DNA of 63,905 nucleotides, the filler included, from Octopus bimaculoides (taxonomy: Eukaryota): assembly GCF_001194135.2 (NCBI RefSeq). It is 4 parts of 4 records of this genome, joined end to end, with 100 filler letters (N's around TTAATTAATTAA, not from the genome) between each part and the next. Parts side by side here need not be neighbours in the genome. Positions count along the whole stretch, not along the records: positions 1 to 30,855 come from NC_068990.1; 3 more parts are not named here. One strand, 5' to 3'. A model generated the notes under the pieces. The model had not been told where the DNA came from. It ran no database searches and saw nothing but the letters and a program-made list of their open reading frames with translations. Made by a program: the position numbers and the translations under genes. Below, piece by piece: positions 1-13,612 of this stretch. How positions within the stretch are numbered: position 1 is the first letter of the stretch; every line of letters starts with the position of its first letter.

Positions 1-44
<44 letters not shown>

Positions 45-104
45 AGTGGAATTTATAGACAGAAACTGAAAGACCGTCGTGTACATATATATGTATATAT
101 ACAC

Positions 105-260
105 ACCCACGACAGCTTCTTCTACAGAACCCTCTTACATGACTTTGGTTATACTGAGGCTATAGTAGAAGACACTTGCCCAAGTTTTCACGCAGTGGAA
201 CTGAACCCGGAACTATGGTTGGGAAACAGACATTTTACCACACTGCTAAGCCCGGGCCTG
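105..260 (-). mobile_element. tRNA-derived SINE, family A (internal microsatellite), 5' half
   Basis: Reverse complement matches the head of the copies at 5392-5740 and 48560-48750 (GGTTCAGTTCCACTGCGTG B-box region; GGGCAAGTGTCTTCTACTATAGCC). Resembles octopus tRNA-derived SINEs; exact family name not verified. Confidence 0.75.
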
Positions 261-1362
261 TTGTTCATAATCGAATCAAATTTATTATAGGAACACTTTC
301 AATATACAAATACAGTATGTGTGTCTTTCTCGTGGGTTAGGAATTTAGTGGTCGATATTTATGACTGTCTCCGCCTCATATTACTTCTTCACGTTCAATA
401 TTTCTTCAACACCTTTTCCTCGGGGATGAACAAACCATTCAGTGTTAAATCTATCGTGTAAAACTTGGGACGTTTGAGTAAGTCTTTGAAATCAGATACT
501 TTGCGTGTCATTTTAGTACTTCCAGAACCATATGCTACGGTTCTATAGGTTAGGACACAAGCATAAATGTGCTACTGGCATAACTTTTAAAATGTATTTA
601 CTTTGGCAAAATATCAAGTCCCCATTTTTATTCATAGTATGCATANNNNNNNNNNNNNNNNNNNNNNNNNNNNNNNNNNNNNNNNNNNNNNNNNNNNNNN
701 NNNNNNNNNNNNNNNNNNNNNNNNNNNNNNNNNNNNNNNNNNNNNNNNNNNNNNNNNNNNNNNNNNNNNNNNNNNNNNNNNNNNNNNNNNNNNNNNNNNN
801 NNNNNNNNNNNNNNNNNNNNNNNNNNNNNNNNNNNNNNNNNNNNNNNNNNNNNNNNNNNNNNNNNNNNNNNNNNNNNNNNNNNNNNNNNNNNNNNNNNNN
901 NNNNNNNNNNNNNNNNNNNNNNNNNNNNNNNNNNNNNNNNNNNNNNNNNNNNNNNNNNNNNNNNNNNNNNNNNNNNNNNNNNNNNNNNNNNNNNNNNNNN
1001 NNNNNNNNNNNNNNNNNNNNNNNNNNNNNNNNNNNNNNNNNNNNNNNNNNNNNNNNNNNNNNNNNNNNNNNNNNNNNNNNNNNNNNNNNNNNNNNNNNNN
1101 NNNNNNNNNNNNNNNNNNNNNNNNNNNNNNNNNNNNNNNNNNNNNNNNNNNNNNNNNNNNNNNNNNNNNNNNNNNNNNNNNNNNNNNNNNNNNNNNNNNN
1201 NNNNNNNNNNNNNNNNNNNNNNNNNNNNNNNNNNNNNNNNNNNNNNNNNNNNNNNNNNNNNNNNNNNNNNNNNNNNNNNNNNNNNNNNNNNNNNNNNNNN
1301 NNNNNNNNNNNNNNNNNNNNNNNNNNNNNNNNNNNNNNNNNNNNNNNNNNNNNNNNNNNNNN

Positions 1363-1670
1363 AAATTAACGTGCAAGTGGCTGAGCATTCCACAGACACG
1401 TGTATCCTTAACGTAGTTCTCGGGGATATTCAGCGTGACACAGTGTGACAAGGCTGACCCTTTGAATTACAGGCACAATAGAAACAGGAAGTAAGAGTGA
1501 GAGAAAGTTGTGGTGAAAGAGTACAGCAGGATTCGCCACCATCCCCTGCCGGAGCCTCGTGGAGCTTTAGGTGCTTTCGCTCAATAAACACTCACAAAAC
1601 CCGGTCTGGGAATCGAAACCACGATCCTATGACCGCGAGTCCGCTGCCCGAGCCACTGGGCCATTGCGCC
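1363..1670 (-). mobile_element. tRNA(Arg-like)-derived SINE, family B; 3' end lost in gap
   Basis: Minus strand starts GGCGC..TGGCCCAGTGG (A box) and contains GGTTTCGATTCC (B box). Near-identical to 35296-35682 over about 300 bp. Confidence 0.85.
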
Positions 1671-3181
1671 AACACACTGTCATAGTATGGTTGTTGTTTT
1701 CTTGAGATGCGCCTGGGTATCATAGAATTGGCTTAATTTCTAACATTTTGACAATCCAGTAATTTGGAAAAGAATTAAAGAGATTCCGATAATCCCTCCA
1801 GACCACTAACATTTAATTCTTTGCAAGTAATTGCGAATCTTCCACTAACCTCTTGTTAGTAAGTATTAGGCTCTTGTAGTAATTTGTATATACGTATACT
1901 TATATGTACACACACGCACGTGCACACATATATACATGCATAATCTCAATAAACCTTTCTCTCTAAGCATAACTATATTAACTATAATAATAAAGACGCA
2001 TATAAAAAATATAAGAATAGAATTCAATTTATAAGATTATTTGTAATATAACCTGAAACAGTTTTAAAACAATAATAATAATATAGATAGAAGAATTTAA
2101 AATACAACTGACAACTTCTTTTAATAACTACGTGGTTTTTACTGCCAAGTAATTATCCACTACTACTATTATTAATAACCTTCACGAAATCCATGATATG
2201 CCATGCGACTACAAAGTATGTAGAATCAATCAAAAATAAGTATTCTATTAACAACTACTCCTCGCCTAGCCAAGAATATTGGCCAAACTCTATAAGCATT
2301 GCTGCTGCTATTGAATTTTACCCATACAATCAGTTGAGAAAAACATCTCATTGAAGAAAGTCATGGTTTACTACACTAATTGTAGCAAGCCTAATTCAAA
2401 CTTAATAGTGGAGGAAAATTCCCCTTCGAACAATGTCATACATATTTGCCCTGAAGAGATTGTTCTAAAAATGCATAAATTGTTGCATATACATATGCTG
2501 TTAGTGCGATCGAAACACGTGTCGGACAAATATTATGAATAAACTAACTAGAAATAAACATAAAGTATGGATGTTCAAACTCATCATTATCCTTATTAGT
2601 AATAGCCAAGACATCGGATGGGAACTAAAGGACGTTTACCAAAAACGCACCATCTAAAGGAACCAGCCTTAACATTTTACTCAGAGAATTTCGGTATCTA
2701 CCCGGATATTATATCCTTCATCTTACTATTATATATATATATATNNNNNNNNNNNNNNNNNNNNNNNNNNNNNNNNNNNNNNNNNNNNNNNNNNNNNNNN
2801 NNNNNNNNNNNNNNNNNNNNNNNNNNNNNNNNNNNNNNNNNNNNNNNNNNNNNNNNNNNNNNNNNNNNNNNNNNNNNNNNNNNNNNNNNNNNNNNNNNNN
2901 NNNNNNNNNNNNNNNNNNNNNNNNNNNNNNNNNNNNNNNNNNNNNNNNNNNNNNNNNNNNNNNNNNNNNNNNNNNNNNNNNNNNNNNNNNNNNNNNNNNN
3001 NNNNNNNNNNNNNNNNNNNNNNNNNNNNNNNNNNNNNNNNNNNNNNNNNNNNNNNNNNNNNNNNNNNNNNNNNNNNNNNNNNNNNNNNNNNNNNNNNNNN
3101 NNNNNNNNNNNNNNNNNNNNNNNNNNNNNNNNNNNNNNNNNNNNNNNNNNNNNNNNNNNNNNNNNNNNNNNNNNNNNNNNN

Positions 3182-3278
<97 letters not shown>

Positions 3279-3404
3279 TATATATGTATATGCATGTATA
3301 GATATATGTATATGTAAAGGAGGAGAGGGACAGAGACAGAGATAGACAGACACAGAGACACATAAATAAATACATACATACATACATACATACATACATA
3401 CATA

Positions 3405-3772
3405 CCTTATTGATGTTAAAATCCCAATGATGGACACTTGGATTTAGGCTAGAAACTGGCTGGCTCTTTCTCTTTTGACAAGAAATATTGAAATAAAACT
3501 GAATAATGACATACATACATACATACATACATAAATACATATGCATGCATCTAGACATAAAAACGCATCCATAAAACAAACATACAAATCTGCGCATACA
3601 CTAACACCAAATACTGCACACACACACACACATATGCACAAATACCTAGATGATGTTGATAAAAGTTCCAATGAAGGAGCCTTGAATCTATGTTAGAGTC
3701 CGGCTCTTTCTCTATGGACAAGAAATACAGAAATGAAACTGATTGATAACATACATACATACATACATACAT
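3405..3772 (+). repeat. Two tandem copies of a ~120-bp dispersed repeat ending in (CATA)n
   Basis: Core TGATGTT.AAA.T.CCAATGA..GA..CTTG.AT.TA...TAGA..C.GG..CTTTCTCT...G.CAAGAAAT..GAAAT.AAACTGA.T.AT.ACATACATAC occurs at 3405 and 3641, with a third copy at 15478. Confidence 0.75.
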
Positions 3773-4213
3773 AGCTAGATTTATTTGTTGTTTCCATTAT
3801 TATTTTTAAAGACAAGGTCGTTTCCAGTTTACATTGTCTATATTCCCCATGTGTGCTGACAAACTGTTTCAATTCATAGATTTCAGAATGACTTTATAGA
3901 GATATTTTCTCCATTAATTGGCTGAGTATTCTCATTTCAATGAAGCTTTTCAAATCACCATATTATATATGTTGGTGAGACCTTAACATATACGTGTTTT
4001 ATATTTAGACACTTGACTTAGATCTTGTCAGACACAATTATCGCCAACATCCGGTTCATAACATCCGAAAACGTATAGTAATAGAAACTAGATTTTTTTG
4101 TGACGTATTAGATAAATATATTATCGTAAGAATTGGCTTGATTGCAGATGCATGCGAAAAATGGCTTCAGATATTTAACTGCGACACCTTAAGTTCTGAG
4201 TACTGGTGATGTG

Positions 4214-4277
<64 letters not shown>

Positions 4278-5391
4278 AACTCGTATTGTAGCATTCCACT
4301 GTAAAATTATTGAAATAGAAAGATTTTTGTTTTTCTTTTTTAACAGGCATGATTCTTCAGTGAAAGATTGAAGAAAAATCTTCATTTAATATTTATTTTT
4401 CCTTAATTTTAATTCCCAACCCCCCTAGAAAAACATTCAAATTTCTTTACCAATTCGTATTTTCACGTTTTCGCGAAAAAAAATTCTCTGCGCGCAGGGT
4501 ATGCATCGCACCTCCGATGTCTTTTTATTTCTTTCATTTCTGTTTATTTTTCCTTTGATTTCGGCATGAATAAACCGTCTTAATAAGCGATTGAACCCGG
4601 TAGCATACATTGATAGCATTATAAATTTCTTCTTACTTCTGTCCATGATAAATTTCTCAAACCATTTACTTCTTTTTCATTTTCTAATTTGAAATAATTA
4701 AACCGAGGGAAATTTCTTCACCTTTTGAATTATATATATATATATGTATGAAAGCATGTATATATACATATATATATATATATATGTGTGTGTGTATGTG
4801 TGTGTATATGTTATGTGTATGTGTGTTTAGTTATAGATGCGTGTTATATGCACGTCCATCCTTGTAGAAGTATTAGCGATAACTGTTTTTACTCTGGCTG
4901 TGGTGATGTTAGTGTTTTTTCTCGGTTCATTTGTAAGGAAGCAATTCCTCATTCTCTTCCTCTCTCTCCTCCTCTCTCTCCTCCTCTCTCTCCTCCTCAC
5001 TCTCTCTCTCTCTCTCTCTCTCAAATATATGCATCGCTTCTTTTATCTGTGTTGGTGTTAGAATGCGGTGATGCGTTGATAGAATAACATATTTTAGCAA
5101 AGTAACCAGTTGTCCTTTGCCTATTTCGCTATTCTTTTTTTTACTTAACTCTGTACAGATTCCTTACCTTCTAACTAGTGCTGTCACTCTATCAATCACT
5201 TCACATGTATTCCACATAGTATGCTTCATTTCTAAGTTTATACTTTGTATTTGAATTCATTTTGCATGCTATGTAGATTGTTATTGATGCAGGTGGTCTT
5301 TCTGAGAGCGTATGTTTTACTTAAGATGATTAGACGTATGTAACAGTTCTGTATAGCTTTGCAACTAGTTTAATTTTCTCAGTCTTTTACT

Positions 5392-5740
5392 AGTATCAGT
5401 CGTTTGACTGCGGCCATGCGCTGGAACAACACCGTAAAGGGATTTTAGTCGAAGAAATCTACTCCAGGACTTATTCTATCAATATATTTTGCCGAACCTT
5501 TAAGTCACAGATATGTAAACACACCAACATTGGTTGTCAAGCAAGAGGTGGGAGGCAAAACACCGACATAAAGACACACACGCATAAATATATATATTTC
5601 CGTCTTCCAAATCTACTCACAGGACTTTGGTCAGCCCGAAGCTATAGTAAAAGACACTTGCCCAAGGTGCCACGCATTAGGATTGAACCCAGAACCATGT
5701 TGGGAAACAAGCTTCTTACTATACAGCCACGCCTGCGCCT
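5392..5740 (-). mobile_element. Family A SINE, essentially full length (tRNA head, internal CA/TA tract, LINE-like tail)
   Basis: Head AGGCGCAGGCGTGGCTGTATAGTAAGAAGCTTG at 5740; microsatellite at about 5570-5597; tail CCAGCGCATGGCCGCAGTCAAACGACTG at about 5395-5425. Confidence 0.85.
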
Positions 5741-7576
5741 AACTTTGAATTTCTCTTTGCTTAATGTTTTCCTTAGTTTATAAGCTTTATACCCCCTTTC
5801 GGATAGTTTAAATAATCATTAATTAGATTATTTGTCATTATTATTAGTCAGCATTGCCTTCTCTCTTTTACATGAGTGAAGCAGATTTGCGTTGTACATG
5901 GGCGCCGTATTTGAAAAATGACGAGGGCGCTCAAGTCTGGAATGTAAATCCTCACAAGAGTGGATAGTGGGTCATTTAAACTTTGCGGGCTAATTCCCCT
6001 GAGATGTGTTGTGATATGTGTATGACCGAACTTGTCTTCATTGTCAACTCAGCTCAAGAAAATATTTTAAGCATTACGAATCGATTTTAAGGTACTTCGA
6101 CAAATTTCTGCCTATAAATATGTCTTGTATTTATCTGAAGTCTAAGTACTGGAACATGAACCTCTAAACATCGTAATCGCGAATCAGACTCATGAATTCT
6201 GCGTAGTCAACCAGTAGGATATCTGATGACGACAGACTGGACACGAGGATGAACTGCTGTACAGCGTGTGCTCAGGTCTCTTTGGAAAAGCTCAGCAACC
6301 AACTGCAGAAACAAAGGGGCCTAGAACTGTCAATAAAATGCTAAGCATACCGAGCGGTAGCACTATCTTTCCTGTTGTATTTACCAAAAACCTGCACATT
6401 ATGTTTGATATATTAAAAAGCCGATGAGTTATCAGTTGTACCAGCTACGAACAATTCTTGGGAAGATCGGTCTGCAAGGAAATCTTCAGTTGGTTGGTAT
6501 AGATGTGTAAAAGTGTACGATTGCAGTGACATTGGTTAGCGAGGATTTGTGATCAATTCTTGAGTGGATGGCGTGAAAGACTGTATGTGAATCTATGAGA
6601 GAGCACTCGCGCGTGTGTGTTCGTATAAATAATAAAGTTGTCGCGGAAGAGCTGAAGAATAGCGTGCGCAAGGTAGAAGGGAATAATTATCTAAGTAGGT
6701 GTGCGTAAACAAAATCGAATAAGAGTGGAAATGAACGATAGTTTTTTTTTTTTTTTCATTTTTTCAGGCTTGGGTCTGTGAAACAACATATATTTAAACA
6801 TATATATGCATACACATCGGGGACACACTTACGCACGTGCCTACATGTATATGTGTGTGAAAGTACGTAAATATTTATGCATACATATGTGTGTGTGTTT
6901 AGGTATACCTGACTGTGTNNNNNNNNNNNNNNNNNNNNNNNNNNNNNNNNNNNNNNNNNNNNNNNNNNNNNNNNNNNNNNNNNNNNNNNNNNNNNNNNNN
7001 NNNNNNNNNNNNNNNNNNNNATATATATATATATATATATACATACATGTACAAACTTACTCATGAGATTGGAAAAAGAAAGCAAGAAACAAGGGGAATG
7101 TAAGAAGCAGCTATAGTATCGTAACTGTTTCATGAGAACTAATTAGAATACAACGGTTCTGGAGATTTCCTATGCGGTAGATGGTATGTACGCGTTGGTG
7201 AAATATATTAATGTCAGAATAGTATTGTTCTGTTGTTTAGTTAGCGTAGAGAGGAAATTGATGGATTAATTGTTTAATTATGATGACAATGCTCAAATAT
7301 TCCATTACACATAGACACGCACACACACACACACTCAGACACAAATACACAAACACACACACACACACACACGCACGCGGGCGTGTACACACACGTTGTT
7401 GTATTTCCAACAGTTAACTTGATCAATTTGTGTCCCTTTCTTTCTTGCAGGTTGACTCTGTGTGTGTCTGCGTGCATGTATGTGTGTGTGTAAGTATCAT
7501 GTGTTTGTGTTTGTGTATGCCCGCGAACATATGCATGTGCACTCTTGCACACATACACACCTGTGTACATACACGT

Positions 7577-7644
<68 letters not shown>

Positions 7645-8849
7645 CAAAGGAATTCCGACTCTGTTTTTTATGTTTTGTTTATATTCTTATAATATTAATG
7701 TAGGATATAGAATATATAGTATATATAGTAGGCATAGTACAAATCAAATGAAGTTTTGATTGTCTTATTGAATAAATGAAATATTGAATATTGAATATTA
7801 AATATTAAAGGACTAGTGTACTTGCTTACATTTTAGCAATCTTCAAGTTCCCATGTTATGACAGGGATGTTTCTTTTTGCTTTCTCTTCTGAGATCAAAT
7901 TCCATTGTTATCAAAAAACTCAAATAAGGCAATAAAGTAAACAATATTTTCTACGTTACAATATTTTCTCCTACACGTGGTTTACTTGCTGTAACGATAC
8001 ACAAAGTTGTTTCACTTTAGCTGAGACTTGATTAAGTAATTCATCCCTTGTTTATCTTAACTTATTTCCAATCAATTTAGGAAGAACATTTTTTAAAGAT
8101 AATTTAGTGTGTTTTAAATGGAATTCAGCTGCTATTTCTAGTTGGTTGCTTGACTATATAAAGGATTCGACGTAATTTCTGAAGCTGTTGTTTTTCTACA
8201 ACAGTCTGTTGCTGTAAATTTATTAAGATACCTTCTTCTAATTCCTCTATTTCCATATCCCGACTTTGCTATTTTCAGGCAGAGTGTAATAAAGTCAACA
8301 TGCAGACGAGAGCATGCTGTTCTGCAACGCCTTCTCTCTCTCTCTAACACTTCTTCAGTTCTTTGGGACAAAAGGCATTCAAGAAGCTCTTGCTACGGCA
8401 ACTCTAACGACTGGATATGTTTTTGTTGCTGCACCATTAATCACATGCCTTTTGCTTATTCCACCCTCATCTGGATACGACTCTGAAATGCCCCTATGGT
8501 CCCGAGACGTCATAAGGACTTACAAGTCGGTACTGAACGCCCACCATATGGCGTTCTTTGTTACCTTTTCATATATGTTCTATCGGTTCTGCGCTACAGG
8601 GGGTGGGGAGAACTTAGCTGGAATTAAACGTGCTAATAATGCACCCCTAATTGTGACATCTGTATTACATTGATCTATGTACTGTGATGCACACCAAGGT
8701 GTGTATTTGATACTCCCTCTGTTGAATACACCCCATTTTTGTGAAGCAATTCTACCAAAATTTTCCCTTTACCTGCTGTTGCAAGGAGAGCGACTTGAAA
8801 TAGGGAGAGAGTGAATTTTCTCATACAAAATTCTCGCTACGTAAAGGCT

Positions 8850-9082
8850 TCGCAATTTTTGTATACCACAACCGCGTGAGACCTCGCCTGGATCTATAGT
8901 ACTTACTTCCTGTTTTAAAGCTTTATAAATTAAAATCTTCCATCAGAATTCTATGTTAATTAATATTCCAAACACCAGTTTAATAATGGCACAAGTATTT
9001 TACTAATTTTTTTCATTATTTTTAAAACTAGTTGAAACAAAAGCAGTGCATTTCAACAAAAATGTACCGACAATATGGTTAA
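8850..9082. mobile_element. Degraded piggyBac-like MITE
   Basis: Right end ...GGTTAA (TTAA target). Body resembles a short octopus repeat I recall; left end is decayed. Confidence 0.35.
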
Positions 9083-9589
9083 CGGTATAATCACTCTAAT
9101 TTCCACGGCACTGGTAAGTGTGCAACTGTTGTTACTATTGTCGCTGTTGATGTTGTTGTTTACATATTTGCTTCGTGTATTCGACTCAGTATTTATTTAT
9201 TTATTTGGAGAGGATATGTTAGATAGATATTGCCAGGCTCGTATTTGGGGTGTTTTTCATAGTTATAAACCGAGTTTCTATTTTGCAGTTTTGTCATTGT
9301 AAGCTGTGATTATATATATTATTTCAACAACTGTTGTGATGATTACGTCTTCCTTCTGTCCAGTAAGAAAATCCTAATTGAATTGTATACGAACTATTTA
9401 CAAATATTAGAATGTAAACTTCACCAAAGCACAACAGGTTAACCAGAGTGAACTCACAATCTTCCTAAAACCCTTTTCTAAGTTAAATAATTTTTTAAAA
9501 CTTTCCTCTTTTATTCTTACGGGAAATAAAATTGAATAAACCACAGAGACTGAACGAACACAAACGCACAAGTTAAACACAACAATAAT

Positions 9590-9880
9590 TATAATTATCC
9601 TTTCTACTTAGGGCACAAGGCCTGAAATTTGTGGGGAGGGGATTAGTTGATTACATCAACCCCAGTGTTCCACTGGTTCTTAATTTACCAACTCCGAAAG
9701 GACGAAAGACAAAGCCGACCTCGGAGGAATTTGAACAACAATAATGATAATGATTTCTAATTTCGGAATAAGGCCAGCAATTTTCAAGAGAAGGGGTTAG
9801 TAGGGCGTTCGATCTCAGGACTTGACTGGCACTTTATTTTATCGACTCTGAAAGGTAAAAGCCAAAGTTAACCGCAGGAG
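9590..9880 (-). mobile_element. Two head-to-tail fragments of SINE family C
   Basis: CCTTTCTACT..GGCACAAGGCCTGAAATTT..GGGGAGGGG and CCGACCTCGG.GGAATTTGAAC match the reverse complement of 28065-28282. Confidence 0.7.
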
Positions 9881-12800
9881 GAATAATTCCCAATACAGAT
9901 ACAACAGCAGAAAGAAGGGTGCAGTGACAGTCAGTTTTGTTGATTAAATTAGTTCACTGGTACTTTAGTTTACCGACTGACGAAGGTCGCCAATAATAAT
10001 CACTTCACTGGTTAAAGGACACAAGTTTGTGAACTATGTAATTAATTCAAAATTGGGTACAAATATGAAACAACAGTTTTGATATATATGAAGTGAAACA
10101 TGCAAATAGAATTTGTTCACCGTGGATTACATTCTGTAGTTTGGCATTTTACAAACAGAATCATTCAAATCAAATCTGTGTGATTTTTCACAGATCATTA
10201 AATTCATGAAGACGACATACTGGAAGGGAAAATTTCAGAATAATCCTTTCAGTAAAGGATTCTAAATAACAGAAAAGAATTAATTACTTTTAACTTCCTT
10301 TTAATTTAGATTGAAAATTCGGTTGCAGGACGATAAAAGAACTGATAGCTAATAAAGACGAAATAGCTTAACGATAACTTTCAGGATTGTTAATGTATAC
10401 GAAAAGGAATCGCAGTATATTTATCGATGTTATGTTACGATGTATTTTCATGTGATATTTACCTCATTGGGAATTGTTAGCATACATAGATATGGCCAGG
10501 AAGACAACAACCAAAAACAAAAACTGAATAACTAAGCGAAGCAAGCACAGCGAGAACATTTATATAAGACAACAAAGACTCACGAGATGGCGCTAACATT
10601 TCAATAACACTGTTGACTTCCGGTTTTAGCTTCCTTACTTTACTTATTGTTATCTAAATTTTCTGAATCTCTTTGATGTGAAATACGTACATATAAATCA
10701 TATATATGCACGTATTATGTGTGTATACATACCAGACATACAGTTATGTATATATACACGTACATATATACATACATGTATACTTGTGAGTACATATACC
10801 TGTAAGAATATGTATTTATTTATAAGTAAATATATATGTATGAATTTATATATATGTGTATGTGTTTGTGTGCTTGTATGTATGTATGTGTGTAAACGTA
10901 TATATATGTGTGTTTGTGCGTGTATGTATATATGTATATATATGTATCAGCATATACATTACGAATATTTACTTAGAATACACGCAATCATACAAACGTA
11001 TATACACACACATATAAAACACTCACAAATACACGCACGTCTATGTGCATGTGTATGTGTATGCGTGTGCTCACGCGCATCTGTGTATAAGTATCATCAT
11101 CAAACTATATGCTAAATTTGTCACTTAAACAAAGCAACGATTGATAAATCATATGTAAAAACTGCTTTCATCTTGATATATACCTGCTTTCTGAAAGATC
11201 ATCTCAATTGTCTTTTATTATTTTACATGATGCTAACATTTCTAGTTGCTTTGTCTATTTAAGTATATACCTTTTGAAGATTCGCTTCATTATTTTTATA
11301 TCGACGTTGTTTCCTGAAAACGAACTGTCTTCACTCGACGGCAACGATTGACGGAAAAGATTCTGACGAAATGGAATTTTCTTTCGGATTTTAATTCAGT
11401 TATTTTTCTCTGATGTTGCTGAGCGATGAGTGTTTATTTTGATACTCACTTGGACTTGCAAATGCTCTTGAACACAAAAGAACATTGATTTACACGTTCA
11501 CCCACACATCCGGTAAATATGCTCGAATTTAAACAGAGATAAATATGACTTCACATACAAGCTAACATTATGAAGGCCAAACACAGCAGCAGATATCTAG
11601 TTACATACACACATTTGCACACACACGCACACACACACACATATGTGCGTGAGAGTGAAGGAGCCATATATATACACAGGTGGAAAAATTAGTACTAAAG
11701 AAAGAGTAATATGCTTTTTATTAAAGCCGTAAAAATATTCACAAACTGTTTACGCAGTTGTTTTTTTATTGGTTGTGAATATTGTTTTAGATTTTAATAG
11801 ACAGTTTTGATATATACACACATACATACATATATACATATATACATATATACATACATGCATACATACAAACGTAGATACATACATACATATGTGAGTG
11901 AGTGTTTTAGTAAACCCAAATATTATCATGGAACCTGACAATATCAAACGAATTAACATCTGATGAACTACGCGGCATTGTTCATCTAATTTGAGCAAAC
12001 GATAGACTGAGTAAACCGACTTTTCACTTCTAAAATATGGACTGCATTATATTTTCATCCCCTTGTACACACATGAGCGCAAATATACGCGCATATACAA
12101 ATATTTACACGCAAATTGCTGATGTGGTAAGGGTGTCTTTGTTCAAACCAGTATATTACTACAGAATATAGCTACACATTTTAGCCAATATTTTCTGTAA
12201 ATACCTTGTTTTTATATTCATTGTCTTCATAGACAAAAAAAAAAGAGTTACAATCCAAGCTAGTCTTAGTTCTGTGAAGAGATTTTATGACCAACTGAAA
12301 ATTCTCTTTAACTGTCTACACAGACACTACTTATATTTTAATACTACTGAGGACATAACGAAACTGGATAGAATAATTTGTACATATAACACATTTTCCG
12401 CAGTCGTATCGATATATAATTACTGGTGAGCTTACAGTAATTTCTGAAAGCTATAATTTACTACATAACTTAACCATAGATTTTAGTCAATATTGTAGAA
12501 AAATGACTAGGAGAAACGCCTTGTTTTATATTCACTTAGTGGACAGAAAAAAAACCCAGATCAACTGGATTATTTTGAATCCTGTATTGTGAATTCATCG
12601 ACGACTGAATACTATATCTGACAAGTTATAGATACAATTTATATAAATCTCCTACTAAAAACAATCGGAGCAAATTGGTTAGAAGTTTTTATCAACTTAT
12701 ACTAATATTTTACTAAATTTTGAAATATTTTCTCACAATTTCATTTGTCATTTTTGTGTTATGGTAAAAGTAGGTTGTACTCGAAAGAAATTGTACCGAA

Positions 12801-12945
12801 TGCAGGGTGCTAAAATATCCGTTCAGACAAAGGTTCCAAATATATAAGAAAGCATAGACAGAAATATTTTAATCAAGTCGTTAAGGTTTCATAATGAAGT
12901 CCGTTAACCAATGATTTGTAGTAGATTTGGATGTTATTTCTAACA

Positions 12946-13038
12946 GAAGAAGAAGAAGAAGAAGAAGAAGAAGAAGAAGAAGAAGAAGAAGAAGAAGAAG
13001 AAGAAGAAGAAGGCGGAGGAGGAGGGGAGGGGGAGAGG
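12946..13038. repeat. (GAA)n/(GGA)n microsatellite at a gap edge
   Basis: Read directly from sequence; explains the poly-E/R/L ORFs. Confidence 0.95.
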
Positions 13039-13541
13039 NNNNNNNNNNNNNNNNNNNNNNNNNNNNNNNNNNNNNNNNNNNNNNNNNNNNNNNNNNNNNN
13101 NNNNNNNNNNNNNNNNNNNNNNNNNNNNNNNNNNNNNNNNNNNNNNNNNNNNNNNNNNNNNNNNNNNNNNNNNNNNNNNNNNNNNNNNNNNNNNNNNNNN
13201 NNNNNNNNNNNNNNNNNNNNNNNNNNNNNNNNNNNNNNNNNNNNNNNNNNNNNNNNNNNNNNNNNNNNNNNNNNNNNNNNNNNNNNNNNNNNNNNNNNNN
13301 NNNNNNNNNNNNNNNNNNNNNNNNNNNNNNNNNNNNNNNNNNNNNNNNNNNNNNNNNNNNNNNNNNNNNNNNNNNNNNNNNNNNNNNNNNNNNNNNNNNN
13401 NNNNNNNNNNNNNNNNNNNNNNNNNNNNNNNNNNNNNNNNNNNNNNNNNNNNNNNNNNNNNNNNNNNNNNNNNNNNNNNNNNNNNNNNNNNNNNNNNNNN
13501 NNNNNNNNNNNNNNNNNNNNNNNNNNNNNNNNNNNNNNNNN

Positions 13542-13610
<69 letters not shown>

Positions 13611-13612
13611 TG
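13542..13612. repeat. (AGT)n microsatellite
   Basis: Read directly from sequence. Confidence 0.95.

Noticed and set aside
6190-6399. Minus-strand ORF MCRFLV...SAVGC-TGA-AFPKRPEH... resembling a secreted selenoprotein
   Set aside because: It is only 69 codons with read-through, matches no known selenoprotein motif, and I could identify no SECIS. Probably chance.
10194-10265. Acceptor followed by IIKFMKTTYWKGKFQNNPFSKGF*, resembling the T-box end (NNPFAKGF)
   Set aside because: Spacing from the acceptor is wrong for the T-box motif, a stop follows immediately, and no other T-box exons were found.
11441-11600. Minus-strand donor CAA|GTGAGT, a possible UTR exon
   Set aside because: It is a single splice signal with no acceptor or coding support.
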